From contig MFES01000003.1 of assembly GCA_001779955.1 (NCBI GenBank), positions 11,348 through 46,464 of the forward strand: 35,117 nt of DNA, given 5' to 3'. Of this stretch, positions 15,517-24,381 are shown piece by piece (within the stretch, counting starts at the first letter, position 1; the number at the start of each line of letters is the position of its first letter). A program made the position numbers and the translations under genes. The notes under the pieces were generated by a model. It made no database searches and was not told the origin of the DNA. It was given only the letters and a program-made list of their open reading frames with translations. The DNA comes from Candidatus Doudnabacteria bacterium RIFCSPHIGHO2_02_FULL_46_11 (lineage in GTDB: Bacteria; Patescibacteriota; Doudnabacteria; UBA920; 2-02-FULL-46-11).

Positions 15517-17058
15517 TCGAGCGTATTCAATAACCCGTTTTTCCCGAATAACATTTACTTTGACCTCCCCCGGATACTTCATCTCATTCTCAATGCGGTT
15601 GGCTATGTCGCGCGCCATTTTGGTCGCGGCCCAGTCATCCACTTTATCCGGCACGACAAACACCCGTACTTCGCGGCCGGCCTGAACGGCATAGGTTTTC
15701 TCAACGCCTTCAAAGCTCTTGGCGATATTTTCAAGATCTTCCAAACGCTTAACGTAATTCTCAAAAGATTCACGCCGCGCGCCCGGGCGCGAACTCGAAA
15801 TCGCGTCAGCCACGTCAACAATTGCCGCTTCAACCGACAAGTGCTCTGATTTATGCTGTCCCACGTCAGTGTCGTAATGGTGGGACTCAATGGCGTTTAT
15901 AACGCGCGGATCCAAATTGAATTTCTCCGCAATTCTCCTGCCGATCTCAACATGCGTGCCTTCAATTTCCTGATCAATGGCCTTGCCGATGTCGTGCAAT
16001 AATGCGCCCTGTTTCGTGATATTTACGTCGGCACCCAGTTCCTCGGCCATTATCGTGGCAATCTTAGCCATTTCAACCGAATGCTGAAGAATGTTTTGCC
16101 CGTAAGAAGTGCGGAACTTCAAGCGTCCGACAAGCTGAATAAGCTTTGGCGGGAAATTAATGATACCCAGTTCCTGGACCGCTTCCTCGCCGGCCTCGCG
16201 GATCATTTCGGCTACCTCGTGCTTGGTTTTTTCATAAAGCTCCTCGATGCGGGCCGGGTGTATGCGTCCGTCTTTGAGTAATTTTTCCAAAGTCAGCTTA
16301 GCCACGTGGCGCCTTAAGGAATTAAAGCCGGAAATTAAAACGGTGTCCGGCGTGTCATCAACAATAATTTCAACGCCCATCAACTGCTCAAAAGCCTTGA
16401 TGTTTCGGCCTTCCTTGCCGATAATCCTGCCTTTCATTTCTTCACTTGGCAGTTGAATGGAGGTGGTGGTCATTTCCGCAGTAACGTCAGCCGCGACTCG
16501 CTCCATGGCCTGGGTGATTAAATCGCGAGCCTTTTTATCGGCGTCCTCGCGGGCCTGGACAATTAATTTTCGGGAAAGCCCGGTTAGTTCTTCCCGAACT
16601 TTTTGTTCAGTATTTTCCAAAAGGATATTTCTCGCTTCTTCTCTCGAAAGCGCTGCCACTTTTTCCAATTTTTCAACCTGCTCCTGTTTGAGACCTTCTA
16701 TTTCCTGGCGCGTCTGATCTAAAATTTTATTTTTTTCTTCCAGGGCTTGCTTCTCTCTCTCCAGACGATCCAACTTTTGATCAAGTTCCCCTTCGCGATT
16801 CTCGATGCGTGTTTGAGAACGCAAAATCTGCTGGCGGAATTCGGCCTCCTCTTTTTTAGCCGCCTCGGTAATAGCCAGAGCTCTTCCCTTAGCCTCAAGG
16901 ATTAATTCCTTTTCTTTGGAAGAAGCGTCCTCAAGCATCCTCTGTGCCTTGTTTTCGGCGCTGTTTATTTTGGTCGCAACCTGAATTCTCCTAATAAAAT
17001 AACCAGCAATTCCGCCAAGGATTACAGCTGGTATCAGAAATAATAAATCCGAACTCAT
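15514..17058 (-). CDS. rny: Ribonuclease Y
   Basis: N-terminal TM, coiled coil, KH (MKGRIIGKEGRNI), HD (LLHDIGKA) and ADAISSSRPGARRE motifs. Confidence 0.97.
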   Translation of the reverse strand: MSSDLLFLIPAVILGGIAGYFIRRIQVATKINSAENKAQRMLEDASSKEKELILEAKGRALAITEAAKKEEAEFRQQILRSQTRIENREGELDQKLDRLEREKQALEEKNKILDQTRQEIEGLKQEQVEKLEKVAALSREEARNILLENTEQKVREELTGLSRKLIVQAREDADKKARDLITQAMERVAADVTAEMTTTSIQLPSEEMKGRIIGKEGRNIKAFEQLMGVEIIVDDTPDTVLISGFNSLRRHVAKLTLEKLLKDGRIHPARIEELYEKTKHEVAEMIREAGEEAVQELGIINFPPKLIQLVGRLKFRTSYGQNILQHSVEMAKIATIMAEELGADVNITKQGALLHDIGKAIDQEIEGTHVEIGRRIAEKFNLDPRVINAIESHHYDTDVGQHKSEHLSVEAAIVDVADAISSSRPGARRESFENYVKRLEDLENIAKSFEGVEKTYAVQAGREVRVFVVPDKVDDWAATKMARDIANRIENEMKYPGEVKVNVIREKRVIEYAR

Positions 17059-17065
17059 AGACTAA

Positions 17066-17263
17066 TTTCGAGTCTTTCGAGTTCGGAACTGCTAAGGTAT
17101 TGAATTTACGCGTAAAAACGCCCTATTTTAAGATATTAGGATACGTTTATATTTTTGGAATTTACAGAATTTACAAGCGAAAAGCTGTAATTTACCGGCA
17201 AACTGATCATAAAAGCGTTAAATTCAAGGAAACTCTGGCGTTCCGGGCTCGAAGATTTTCGAT
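17066..17263 (-). ncRNA. Candidate structured RNA upstream of rny (6S-like or rny leader)
   Basis: ~195-nt rod: TCTTTCGAGTTCGGAAC pairs with GTTCCGGGCTCGAAGA, then an internal loop, then TTGAATTTACGC pairs with GCGTTAAATTCAA. Promoter at 17290-17319. Confidence 0.4.
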
Positions 17264-17289
17264 ACTAAAAAATTAAATTAACTAATCTC

Positions 17290-17319
17290 ACTATAAAACT
17301 TGAGACCCTGTTTTGTCAA
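17290..17319 (-). promoter_or_regulatory. sigma70 promoter upstream of rny
   Basis: TTGACA-18 nt-TATAGT on the minus strand. Confidence 0.65.
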
Positions 17320-17373
17320 CCACGACCGCAAAAACAGGCCCGACCTGAATCTACCCGGGTCTGACCTGTAGAA

Positions 17374-18177
17374 TTAATCTTCCCTTATCTTTACCGAGAA
17401 CTCCGGGTCATCGGCATATTGCAGGGCTTTATCAGTCACCAGATATTTAGCTTTAGCTTCAAGGAAAGGCAAGTCCGTATCGATTAAACCGAGGGAATAG
17501 GCTAGCTCGTCCGCTCGGGCAGGAAAAACATACTTCAAGCTGAAAGGCACCCGTTTGGGGGCAATTTTGTTGACGTGCTCAACAATATTATTACTGCAAT
17601 TGTTGGTTAAGGTGTTGTAAAACTCCGGCTTGTCTCTTAGCTGATTTGTTCTGCCGATCATATCGAGAAAAACCGATCTAATTTTTTCGGGTGTAGTTTT
17701 TACCGGATAAATATACACTCGATCTTTTCGATAGTTAGTCCTAAGCTTTACTACGTCCCGCTCATCAGCTATGACATACATCAATTCATATTGTTTGAAC
17801 AGGCCTTTAAACGGCGAATATTTTTCTCCCTTTTCTTTTCTAATTTCGATTGAGATACTAACGAATTGATTGCCGGAAAATTCGAAGCTTAAAAAGGTGT
17901 GGCCGGCATATTGACTGTCCCCGAACGGCTCGACAATGAAATAGACTTTTTCAAGTTTTGACAGGTCAAAAGTTTTATCGTAATAGGCTGGAATATAATC
18001 GTCGGCCGAAGTGTAAGTAAAATTACGGATATTATGAATACTCGCTAAATCCCCGTTTATCTCCGCATACGGCAAAACCGCCTGATCAGTATTCCAGTCC
18101 CGATCGTTAGAAGGCTTCTTAAACAAAAATCCAACCATAACAAGCAACGCCGCTAATACTAAAATCTTAAGATACAT
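17374..18177 (-). CDS. DUF4105 / Lnb-like membrane-anchored protein
   Basis: N-terminal TM, PSNDRDW, HNIRNF, GHTFLSFEF, SIEIRKEKGE, ADERDV and YNTLTNNC motifs. Confidence 0.8.
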   Translation of the reverse strand: MYLKILVLAALLVMVGFLFKKPSNDRDWNTDQAVLPYAEINGDLASIHNIRNFTYTSADDYIPAYYDKTFDLSKLEKVYFIVEPFGDSQYAGHTFLSFEFSGNQFVSISIEIRKEKGEKYSPFKGLFKQYELMYVIADERDVVKLRTNYRKDRVYIYPVKTTPEKIRSVFLDMIGRTNQLRDKPEFYNTLTNNCSNNIVEHVNKIAPKRVPFSLKYVFPARADELAYSLGLIDTDLPFLEAKAKYLVTDKALQYADDPEFSVKIRED

Positions 18178-18191
18178 ATTTTCAGTATAGC

Positions 18192-18215
18192 AAAAACGGC
18201 CTTGCGGCCGTTTTT
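18192..18215. terminator. Rho-independent terminator
   Basis: AAAAACGGCC-ttgc-GGCCGTTTTT. Confidence 0.8.
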
Positions 18216-18222
18216 CAAATAA

Positions 18223-20139
18223 TTATTTTTTTACTTCCATTGTCGGCCCTAGCGGTAAGGCAAGATCGTGCTGATTGGCAGGTACAAGATCTTCCCACTT
18301 ATTACCCCAGGAAAGAAAGACTTCGGGTGTGGGGTGAGGATAACGTATATCTTTGCCGATATAGTAAACCGTGCCGTTATCAACTACCACCGAACCGCGC
18401 GGATGTCGCTCATTAGTATTAGTCAAAGCTGATCCCGTGCCCATGAAGGAGACATCCGCGGAAATGGCATTTGAAAACTTATAGCCAAAACCAAGAAAAG
18501 TCGAGGCTAGATTGAAGGGACGTTTGTAACCTTCATCAATATAGTAAATAGTGCCTCGATCATTAACCAAAGCCCCATCCTTAGGTGTAACTTTCTCGCC
18601 TACCATTAAGGCGCGGTCCGTCTCGGTCGCTGGCCTAACCTTATCAAAACTATAACCGCGTGATTTAAATATACCTGCGGAGTTAAAGGGCTTGCGCAAA
18701 TTATATTCTATTTTATATATTGTGCCGTTATCATTAATCAAATCCCCTTCTTTAGGCTGGACTTCGGGATTGGTGCTTTTGCCAAAAATTGTACTAAAAA
18801 CTTTAACCTCGATCGATTTACTGGATGACTTACCCAAAGAATCTGTCGCGGTGACAGTAACAATGTATGTTCCGGGGGTTTGCCAACTATGATAAATCGA
18901 ATATCCGCTCTCTATTGCTTTGCTCGCCTTGGGCGACCCATCTCCCCAATCATACGTGTAATTGATGTAATAACCAGGATTGGAAGCAGAGGATTTACCA
19001 TAAGCTATTGCATTATATAAATTACTCTGGCCCATGTTTACACTGGTCGGACCTGTAATAACAGGCTCACTTAAGGTGTAAGCGGTGCTGGCCTCTTTTA
19101 CCTTAAGGGTTAAATAACCTGCATAGCCGACCGTATCGCAAACGTTCGTCGCTGAAGTACCAATACAACCCGGATCTCTAATTACAACATAGATATTGTA
19201 AGTTCCGCCTTGAGTAGGTGTACCGATCAAAGTAAATCTGCCTTCACCTGTACCAGGAGTAAGAAGACCAGTAAGTATGCTTTTGCCGTCGCCGAAACCA
19301 ATACCCACCGGTAAAGATTGTAAAACAACATCTAACGCGCCTGGGCCGTAATAACGATAATCAAAATTGGCCAAATAATAATTACCAACCGTGGCATCGG
19401 GTAATGATGATGTCAGCGGCGTGATATTGTACTGCTGACTCGTATTCTCGTTAATTTTTATTGTGTAATATTTCGTATAAAGAAGATGACCTCCGTCTTC
19501 AAAAGTTAAACTCACCGAATAAGTGCCCGCTTGAGTAGGAGTTCCGGTTAAATATATTGCGCCGCCATACAAAATTCCTATGACTGAGCTTGGACTGCTG
19601 GCACCGCCAGTTGTAAGACCGGGAGGCAAGCCATAAAAATAAGCATTAAGAGCAATGCTTCCATTATATGCAAAATTAATTGGCGCCGAATAATATGTAC
19701 CGACTTTACCATCAGGCAAAGATTGGGTACTAATATCTACACTCGCTGGAACTCCGACAATAAAATTAAACCATTTGGTCACCTGATTTGTACCAGGACC
19801 TTCTTCTAAAGTTAAAGAAATATTATAGCTCCCCGCCTGGGTTGGCGTACCTCTTATACTTACATATTTCTGTATGCCGGGAAGTATGCCTATGGTTGTG
19901 TTAGGGCTGCTAGCGCTCCCAGTAGTAATGCCGGCGGGTAAACCAGTAAAATAAGCGTTTAAAGCATATTGGCCCTCATAGGTAAAAGTTATGTCGGTCG
20001 AATAATACTGTCCGGCCATGGCATTAGGGAGATATGTGGGAGAAATAGAGATAGCTCCGGCAGCCTGAGCGGGTTTAATAAAAATAAAACCGCTAAACAT
20101 CAGTGCGGCAATAAGCAGTTGCGAAATTAACTTTTTCAT
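18223..20139 (-). CDS. Secreted/surface protein with three Ig-like repeats, a PKD domain and three C-terminal repeats
   Basis: Signal peptide (AQA|A), 3x LP[ND]..[VA]G.YY...GTPTQ.G.Y, YDWGDGS...HSWQTPGTYIVTVTATD, and 3x G.LxND.GTIY.I...RPF. Confidence 0.85.
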   Translation of the reverse strand: MKKLISQLLIAALMFSGFIFIKPAQAAGAISISPTYLPNAMAGQYYSTDITFTYEGQYALNAYFTGLPAGITTGSASSPNTTIGILPGIQKYVSIRGTPTQAGSYNISLTLEEGPGTNQVTKWFNFIVGVPASVDISTQSLPDGKVGTYYSAPINFAYNGSIALNAYFYGLPPGLTTGGASSPSSVIGILYGGAIYLTGTPTQAGTYSVSLTFEDGGHLLYTKYYTIKINENTSQQYNITPLTSSLPDATVGNYYLANFDYRYYGPGALDVVLQSLPVGIGFGDGKSILTGLLTPGTGEGRFTLIGTPTQGGTYNIYVVIRDPGCIGTSATNVCDTVGYAGYLTLKVKEASTAYTLSEPVITGPTSVNMGQSNLYNAIAYGKSSASNPGYYINYTYDWGDGSPKASKAIESGYSIYHSWQTPGTYIVTVTATDSLGKSSSKSIEVKVFSTIFGKSTNPEVQPKEGDLINDNGTIYKIEYNLRKPFNSAGIFKSRGYSFDKVRPATETDRALMVGEKVTPKDGALVNDRGTIYYIDEGYKRPFNLASTFLGFGYKFSNAISADVSFMGTGSALTNTNERHPRGSVVVDNGTVYYIGKDIRYPHPTPEVFLSWGNKWEDLVPANQHDLALPLGPTMEVKK

Positions 20140-20214
20140 TATTTTAAGAAACCTTAATAATCCTATATATATTATAGCACTAGAACCCCCCCCGTCAATG
20201 TCAAATCCCCGTGA

Positions 20215-20243
20215 TTGACACGAATATAACCGTTGTATATACT
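20215..20243 (+). promoter_or_regulatory. TA operon promoter with probable operator
   Basis: TTGACA-17 nt-TATACT with an imperfect inverted repeat ATATAAC-c-GTTGTAT in the spacer. Confidence 0.75.
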
Positions 20244-20267
20244 TTAGTTATCATTAATATATTGACT

Positions 20268-20543
20268 ATGAAAACAGTTCTAAACGTAAAAACTGATGTT
20301 GAAGTGAAAAAGGAAGCGCAAAAAACCGCTAAAGAGTTAGGCGTGCCTTTAAGCATGGTGGTTAACGCCTACTTAAAGCAGTTTATTCGAGATAAAGAAC
20401 TTTCTATTTCCATAGCTCCAAGAATGACACCTGCCTTGGAGAGGATTATTGGTAGAGCCGAAAAAGACTTGCGAGCAAACCGAAACATCTCCCCCATTTT
20501 TTCCGACCCTGAAAAAATGGATGAATACTTAGGCTCATTATGA
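20268..20543 (+). CDS. RelB/DinJ-family antitoxin
   Basis: RHH-like MKTVLNVKTD..KKEAQ...ELGVPLSMVVNAYLKQF. Overlaps the toxin start (ATGA). Confidence 0.85.
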   Translation: MKTVLNVKTDVEVKKEAQKTAKELGVPLSMVVNAYLKQFIRDKELSISIAPRMTPALERIIGRAEKDLRANRNISPIFSDPEKMDEYLGSL

Positions 20544-20800
20544 AGATAATTTTTCATAAAAACTTTGAGAAAAACTACGCGCGGCTGACCAGCGCTCAAA
20601 AAGAGAAATTTAAAAACCGGAAAAACATTTTCCTTAGCAACCAGTTTGACCCGATTTTACGAAACCATGCTCTTTCCGGTAGATATGAAGGATACCGAAG
20701 CATCAGCATTACCGGAGACCTGCGGGTAATATATATGTTGATTAATGAAACAACGGCTTTTTTCGTTGATATAGACAGCCACAGCAATCTTTACCGTTAA
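20540..20800 (+). CDS. RelE/YafQ-family mRNA interferase toxin
   Basis: FEKNY, LRNHALSGRYEGYRSISITGDLRVIY and C-terminal DSHSNLY. Confidence 0.88.
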   Translation: MKIIFHKNFEKNYARLTSAQKEKFKNRKNIFLSNQFDPILRNHALSGRYEGYRSISITGDLRVIYMLINETTAFFVDIDSHSNLYR

Positions 20801-20834
20801 ATAACGCGTGCTGTTCTAAATCCTTTGCTGCATC

Positions 20835-20872
20835 TTATCACATTTTCCTCCGATCGGAGGTCGTTGTGATAA
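20835..20872. repeat. 38-bp palindromic element just downstream of the rplS terminator
   Basis: Copy of 8969-9006. Confidence 0.9.
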
Positions 20873-20873
20873 T

Positions 20874-20895
20874 AAAAAAGCCCGCTCATGCGGGC
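20874..20895 (-). terminator. rplS terminator
   Basis: GCCCGC-tcat-GCGGGC with an A6 run, giving a U-tail on the minus strand. Confidence 0.75.
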
Positions 20896-20909
20896 ATTAA
20901 AATTCATAA

Positions 20910-21278
20910 CTATTTTGCGGTTTTATTCTTTCTCACTCTTGGCGCGGAACCGGCGCGCTCGCGCACATAATAGAGCTTGGCCTGCCTGACCGGCTGACTT
21001 TTTACCACTTCGATCTTTTCGATATTTGGGCTGTGCAAAGGGAAAATACGCTCTACGCCAACACCAGAAGCAATTTTTCGAACCATGAAAGTTCCGTTCA
21101 CGCCATGGCCATGTTTACGGGCAATAACCAAACCTTCAAAAATCTGTACACGCTCCCGCGTCTTGCCGGCATCACTCGTTTCCTTGATTCGCTGGTGAAC
21201 GCGAACAACGTCGCCCGGGGAAAAATCAGGTAAATCTTTTTTAAGTTTTTCAGAATTGATGCTTAAAATTCTCGGCAT
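20910..21278 (-). CDS. rplS: 50S ribosomal protein L19
   Basis: [43 protein letters not shown] and AKLYYVR motifs. Confidence 0.97.
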   Translation of the reverse strand: MPRILSINSEKLKKDLPDFSPGDVVRVHQRIKETSDAGKTRERVQIFEGLVIARKHGHGVNGTFMVRKIASGVGVERIFPLHSPNIEKIEVVKSQPVRQAKLYYVRERAGSAPRVRKNKTAK

Positions 21279-21313
21279 ATTGCAAATTCAAAATTTAAAA
21301 ATGAAATGTAAAA

Positions 21314-22243
21314 TTAACTTTCAATTTTCTGAAGGCTATTAAGAAAATCTTGCAGGTCGGCAGGCAATTCGCTCTCTAAATCGAGCATTGTTCCGTTTGG
21401 CAAACGAAAGGCCAACCGCTTGGCGTGAAGAAACTGCCTGGCTGGGCCCGCTTTCTTGGTTTTTTCATCTGCGCTGTAAAGGCTATCGCCTGCGACGGGG
21501 TGGCCAAGTGAAGCAAAGTGAACGCGTATCTGGTGCGTTCGGCCTGTATGCAATATTACACGAACTAAACTATAAAAGTCAATCCCGTCCGAATCCTCAA
21601 AATAACCAAGAACCCTATACTCGGTTTTGGCCGCCTTACCTTCTGCAGAAACCTCAACTCTCCTTCTTTCCGGCACGAGCCTAAGCGGTTTTTCAATCAC
21701 CCCGAACTTTGGCTCAAGCCTCCCAAAAACAAGCGTTTCATATTCTTTGGCAATCAGACGTTTTTCAAAAAGCGCCTTCCCGTATTCAAACGATTTTTCG
21801 TTCTTGGCAATAAGCATCAGCCCGGAGGTACCCTTATCCAATCTATGTATTATCCCCGGCCGAAACTCGTGGCCCAAGCCTTGTATTTGAGGATACTCTC
21901 CCAAAAGAGCATTAGCTAAGGTGCCAGTTGTAACATTGGCCCCGGGATGCACCACCAAACCCGCGGGCTTGTCTATAACCAAAAAGTCGTCGTCTTCGTA
22001 TATCTTCTTTAAGCTAATATTTTCAGCCTTTAGCTTAAACGGTTTAGTGTCAATTTCAATTTCAATGAGATTGCCCGCGGCCACGATAAAACTCGGATCA
22101 ATATTTTTTGGGCCGTTAACATAAACTTTCCCACCGAGAATTGCTCGCTTAACTTTTTCGCGCGAAACTTCGCTAATCTGCCCTTTTAAAAAAACATCCA
22201 GCCGCTGACCAGCCGCCTCTTTAGTAACTTCGAATTTAATCAT
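21314..22243 (-). CDS. RluA-family pseudouridine synthase (RluD-like)
   Basis: N-terminal S4 (RLDVFL), DKPAGLVVHP, HRLDKGTSG, TGRTHQIRVH, GDSLY and QFLHA motifs. Confidence 0.93.
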   Translation of the reverse strand: MIKFEVTKEAAGQRLDVFLKGQISEVSREKVKRAILGGKVYVNGPKNIDPSFIVAAGNLIEIEIDTKPFKLKAENISLKKIYEDDDFLVIDKPAGLVVHPGANVTTGTLANALLGEYPQIQGLGHEFRPGIIHRLDKGTSGLMLIAKNEKSFEYGKALFEKRLIAKEYETLVFGRLEPKFGVIEKPLRLVPERRRVEVSAEGKAAKTEYRVLGYFEDSDGIDFYSLVRVILHTGRTHQIRVHFASLGHPVAGDSLYSADEKTKKAGPARQFLHAKRLAFRLPNGTMLDLESELPADLQDFLNSLQKIES

Positions 22244-22844
22244 CCCGCGAAATCCTTTCCGTCATATATCTGCCCTGGACTTTAACCAAAGATAAAACAG
22301 CAATCATAAGAACCAGGGCGGCCAGACCTAAAGCCCAACCAATTCTTTCTATGCGGTTGGCCCAGATTTCCCAAGCCGCTCCAGCGGCCAGACCTAAAAG
22401 TATAAGCAGACCGTTGTAAACCACGCCGGAAAAAAAGTTGTACGGTATAAAAACTCTCAAGGGCATTGATACGCTGCCGGCCAGTACCTGAGTTAGGGTG
22501 CCGATGCCTTGGGTAAATTTAATCATGACCAAAGTCTTGCGTCCGTGCTTGTTAAACAGCCATTCAACTTTCTTTATCAAAACTTCCGGCCAATGAAAAA
22601 CCCTTTGCAGCCGCTCAAACAGCTTCTTGCCGCCCAACCGGCCGACATAATAATAAAAAACGTCGGTGGCAATATCGGACAGGCTGCTTATGAGCCAGAT
22701 AACGTAACCGTTAAAAACGCCTACCCCGGCCAAAAAACCGCCGGCAATGGCGCCAACAGGACCGGCCAAGAGACATGCGGCCAAGATCGCCCAATAACCA
22801 TAGCTTTGTAAAAATATCAAAATGTTTTCTGGTAAAACCGACAT
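22236..22844 (-). CDS. DedA/VTT-family membrane protein
   Basis: YYYVGRLGG, FNKHG and LAGSVSMPLRVF..N. Tandem paralogue of the next gene. Confidence 0.85.
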   Translation of the reverse strand: MSVLPENILIFLQSYGYWAILAACLLAGPVGAIAGGFLAGVGVFNGYVIWLISSLSDIATDVFYYYVGRLGGKKLFERLQRVFHWPEVLIKKVEWLFNKHGRKTLVMIKFTQGIGTLTQVLAGSVSMPLRVFIPYNFFSGVVYNGLLILLGLAAGAAWEIWANRIERIGWALGLAALVLMIAVLSLVKVQGRYMTERISRDD

Positions 22845-23461
22845 TAACTAGTTTTGTTATTTTCCGCTTCCAGCTTCGCCACATACTTTTGGAAAGCATA
22901 GAAGGTAAAAATGGCAAGCAATATCAATAAAATTAGTCCGGTCACCAGCCAGGCGCCGCTGGCGATGGCTTTTGCCCAAATATTCCAGGTAGCGCCGGCC
23001 AGCATGCCGATATAAATTAAAATTGAGGCCTTGACCGCTCCGGCCAAAAGATTGGCCGTGATAAAATAACGCCTGGGCATGCGGGCAATTCCAGCCATAA
23101 CCTGGGCCGTTAGGCCAAGCCCCTGCATAAACTTGACCATAACCACGGTCTTTCGCCCATGTTTATGGAATAACCATTCGACTTTTTCTATAAGCTTGCT
23201 CGGCCAATGGAAAAAATTCTGGAGTTTCTCAAATAATCGACGGCCGCCCCTACGCCCCACTTCGTAATAAAAAATGTCCGTACCAATGTCAACGCCCAAG
23301 GCTAGTAGCCAGACATAAACTGGATTGAAAACGTGAATACCCGCTAAAAATCCCGAAGATATTGCCCCAATCGGCCCCGACAGAATAATAACTATAGCCG
23401 CGGCCCAGTAGCCGTACTGCTGTAAAAAAGCAATTATGTCAGAAGATATGAAATCGGGCAT
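22844..23461 (-). CDS. DedA/VTT-family membrane protein
   Basis: YEVGRRGG, FHKHG and AGIARMPRRYF..N. Start placed at ATG 23461. Confidence 0.85.
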   Translation of the reverse strand: MPDFISSDIIAFLQQYGYWAAAIVIILSGPIGAISSGFLAGIHVFNPVYVWLLALGVDIGTDIFYYEVGRRGGRRLFEKLQNFFHWPSKLIEKVEWLFHKHGRKTVVMVKFMQGLGLTAQVMAGIARMPRRYFITANLLAGAVKASILIYIGMLAGATWNIWAKAIASGAWLVTGLILLILLAIFTFYAFQKYVAKLEAENNKTS

Positions 23462-23469
23462 ATTTATAA

Positions 23470-23568
23470 AACTCCAAACTTCAACCCCCAAGCCTCAAGC
23501 TCTAACCTTCAATATCTGAAGTTTGAATTTTGAAGTTTTGTTGAAAATTGAAGTTTGAGGGTTTAGGA
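23470..23568. repeat. Heptamer inverted-repeat element (AAACTTC/GAAGTTT type)
   Basis: Same unit type as 9671-9826 and 28228-28343. Abuts the trmD stop codon. Confidence 0.7.
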
Positions 23569-24315
23569 TTATTGCTTAACAAGCAAATCTGGTCTATTCT
23601 TTTTGGTTTTGCTAAGCGACTGCTCATCGCGCCATTTTTGAATGGCAGCATGGTTTCCGGAAAGAAGCACTTTAGGCACGCGGTATTTTTTGCCTTTCCA
23701 TTCAAAAACTTCCGGTCGGGTATAGTGAGGGTGTTCAAGCAGACGAAGTTCTTTGGCCTGCCCCTGCACCAAAGTCGCGAAGCGAGTTTTTGGTGCGAGG
23801 GAAAACGACTCGTGCAAAATTGATTCTTCCTTGCCCACCACCCCAGGCACTTGCCTTGAGACCGCATCAAGCAAAACTAAAGCCGGTAATTCTCCGCCGG
23901 TCAAAACATAGTCTCCAATCGAAATTTCCTCGTCAACTAATTTTTCAACCCTGGCGTCAAAACCTTCGTAGCGCCCGCAAAGCAAAACCAAGCGATCATA
24001 TTTCTTTGCCAAGCCTTCAACCTTCCTTTGGGTCAATAGCTTGCCCTGCGGATTAAAATTTATGATTCTAGTTTTTTTGTTTTTGCGCGGAACTAATTTT
24101 TTTAAAACGCGGGCGGCAATATCAACTTTTAAAACCATGCCCGCTCCGCCGCCATAAGGACGATCATCCACGGTTTTATGGGGGTCTGTCGCCCAATCGC
24201 GCAAATTCCAAACATTAACATCCAAAAGTTCCTTGCCTTGCGCTCGCGCGAGCAGGCTGGAGTTAAGATATGAATCAAATGCTTCCGGTAAAATAGTGAT
24301 AATATCAAACTTCAT
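23569..24315 (-). CDS. trmD: tRNA (guanine-N1)-methyltransferase with a 15-aa repeat-derived insertion
   Basis: VDDRPYGGGAGMV, CGRYEGFDAR, SIGDYVLTGGE, HYTRP and VPKVLLSGNH motifs. Confidence 0.97.
   Translation of the reverse strand: MKFDIITILPEAFDSYLNSSLLARAQGKELLDVNVWNLRDWATDPHKTVDDRPYGGGAGMVLKVDIAARVLKKLVPRKNKKTRIINFNPQGKLLTQRKVEGLAKKYDRLVLLCGRYEGFDARVEKLVDEEISIGDYVLTGGELPALVLLDAVSRQVPGVVGKEESILHESFSLAPKTRFATLVQGQAKELRLLEHPHYTRPEVFEWKGKKYRVPKVLLSGNHAAIQKWRDEQSLSKTKKNRPDLLVKQ
23757..23801 (+). repeat. 45-bp CCTG-hairpin element in-frame in trmD
   Basis: CCTG-CCCCTGCACCAAA...TTTGGTGCGAGGG. Related intergenic copy at 25991-26028. Confidence 0.8.
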
Positions 24316-24381
24316 AAAAAATAATCCAAAATTTATTTCCGAAATTAATCACTTTTGGATTTCAATTTTGATTTTTGATTT

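Noticed and set aside
17334..17369. Hairpin ACAGGCCCGACC...GGTCTGACCTGT as a further repeat family
   Set aside because: Single copy here, and it could simply be the terminator of the DUF4105 gene.
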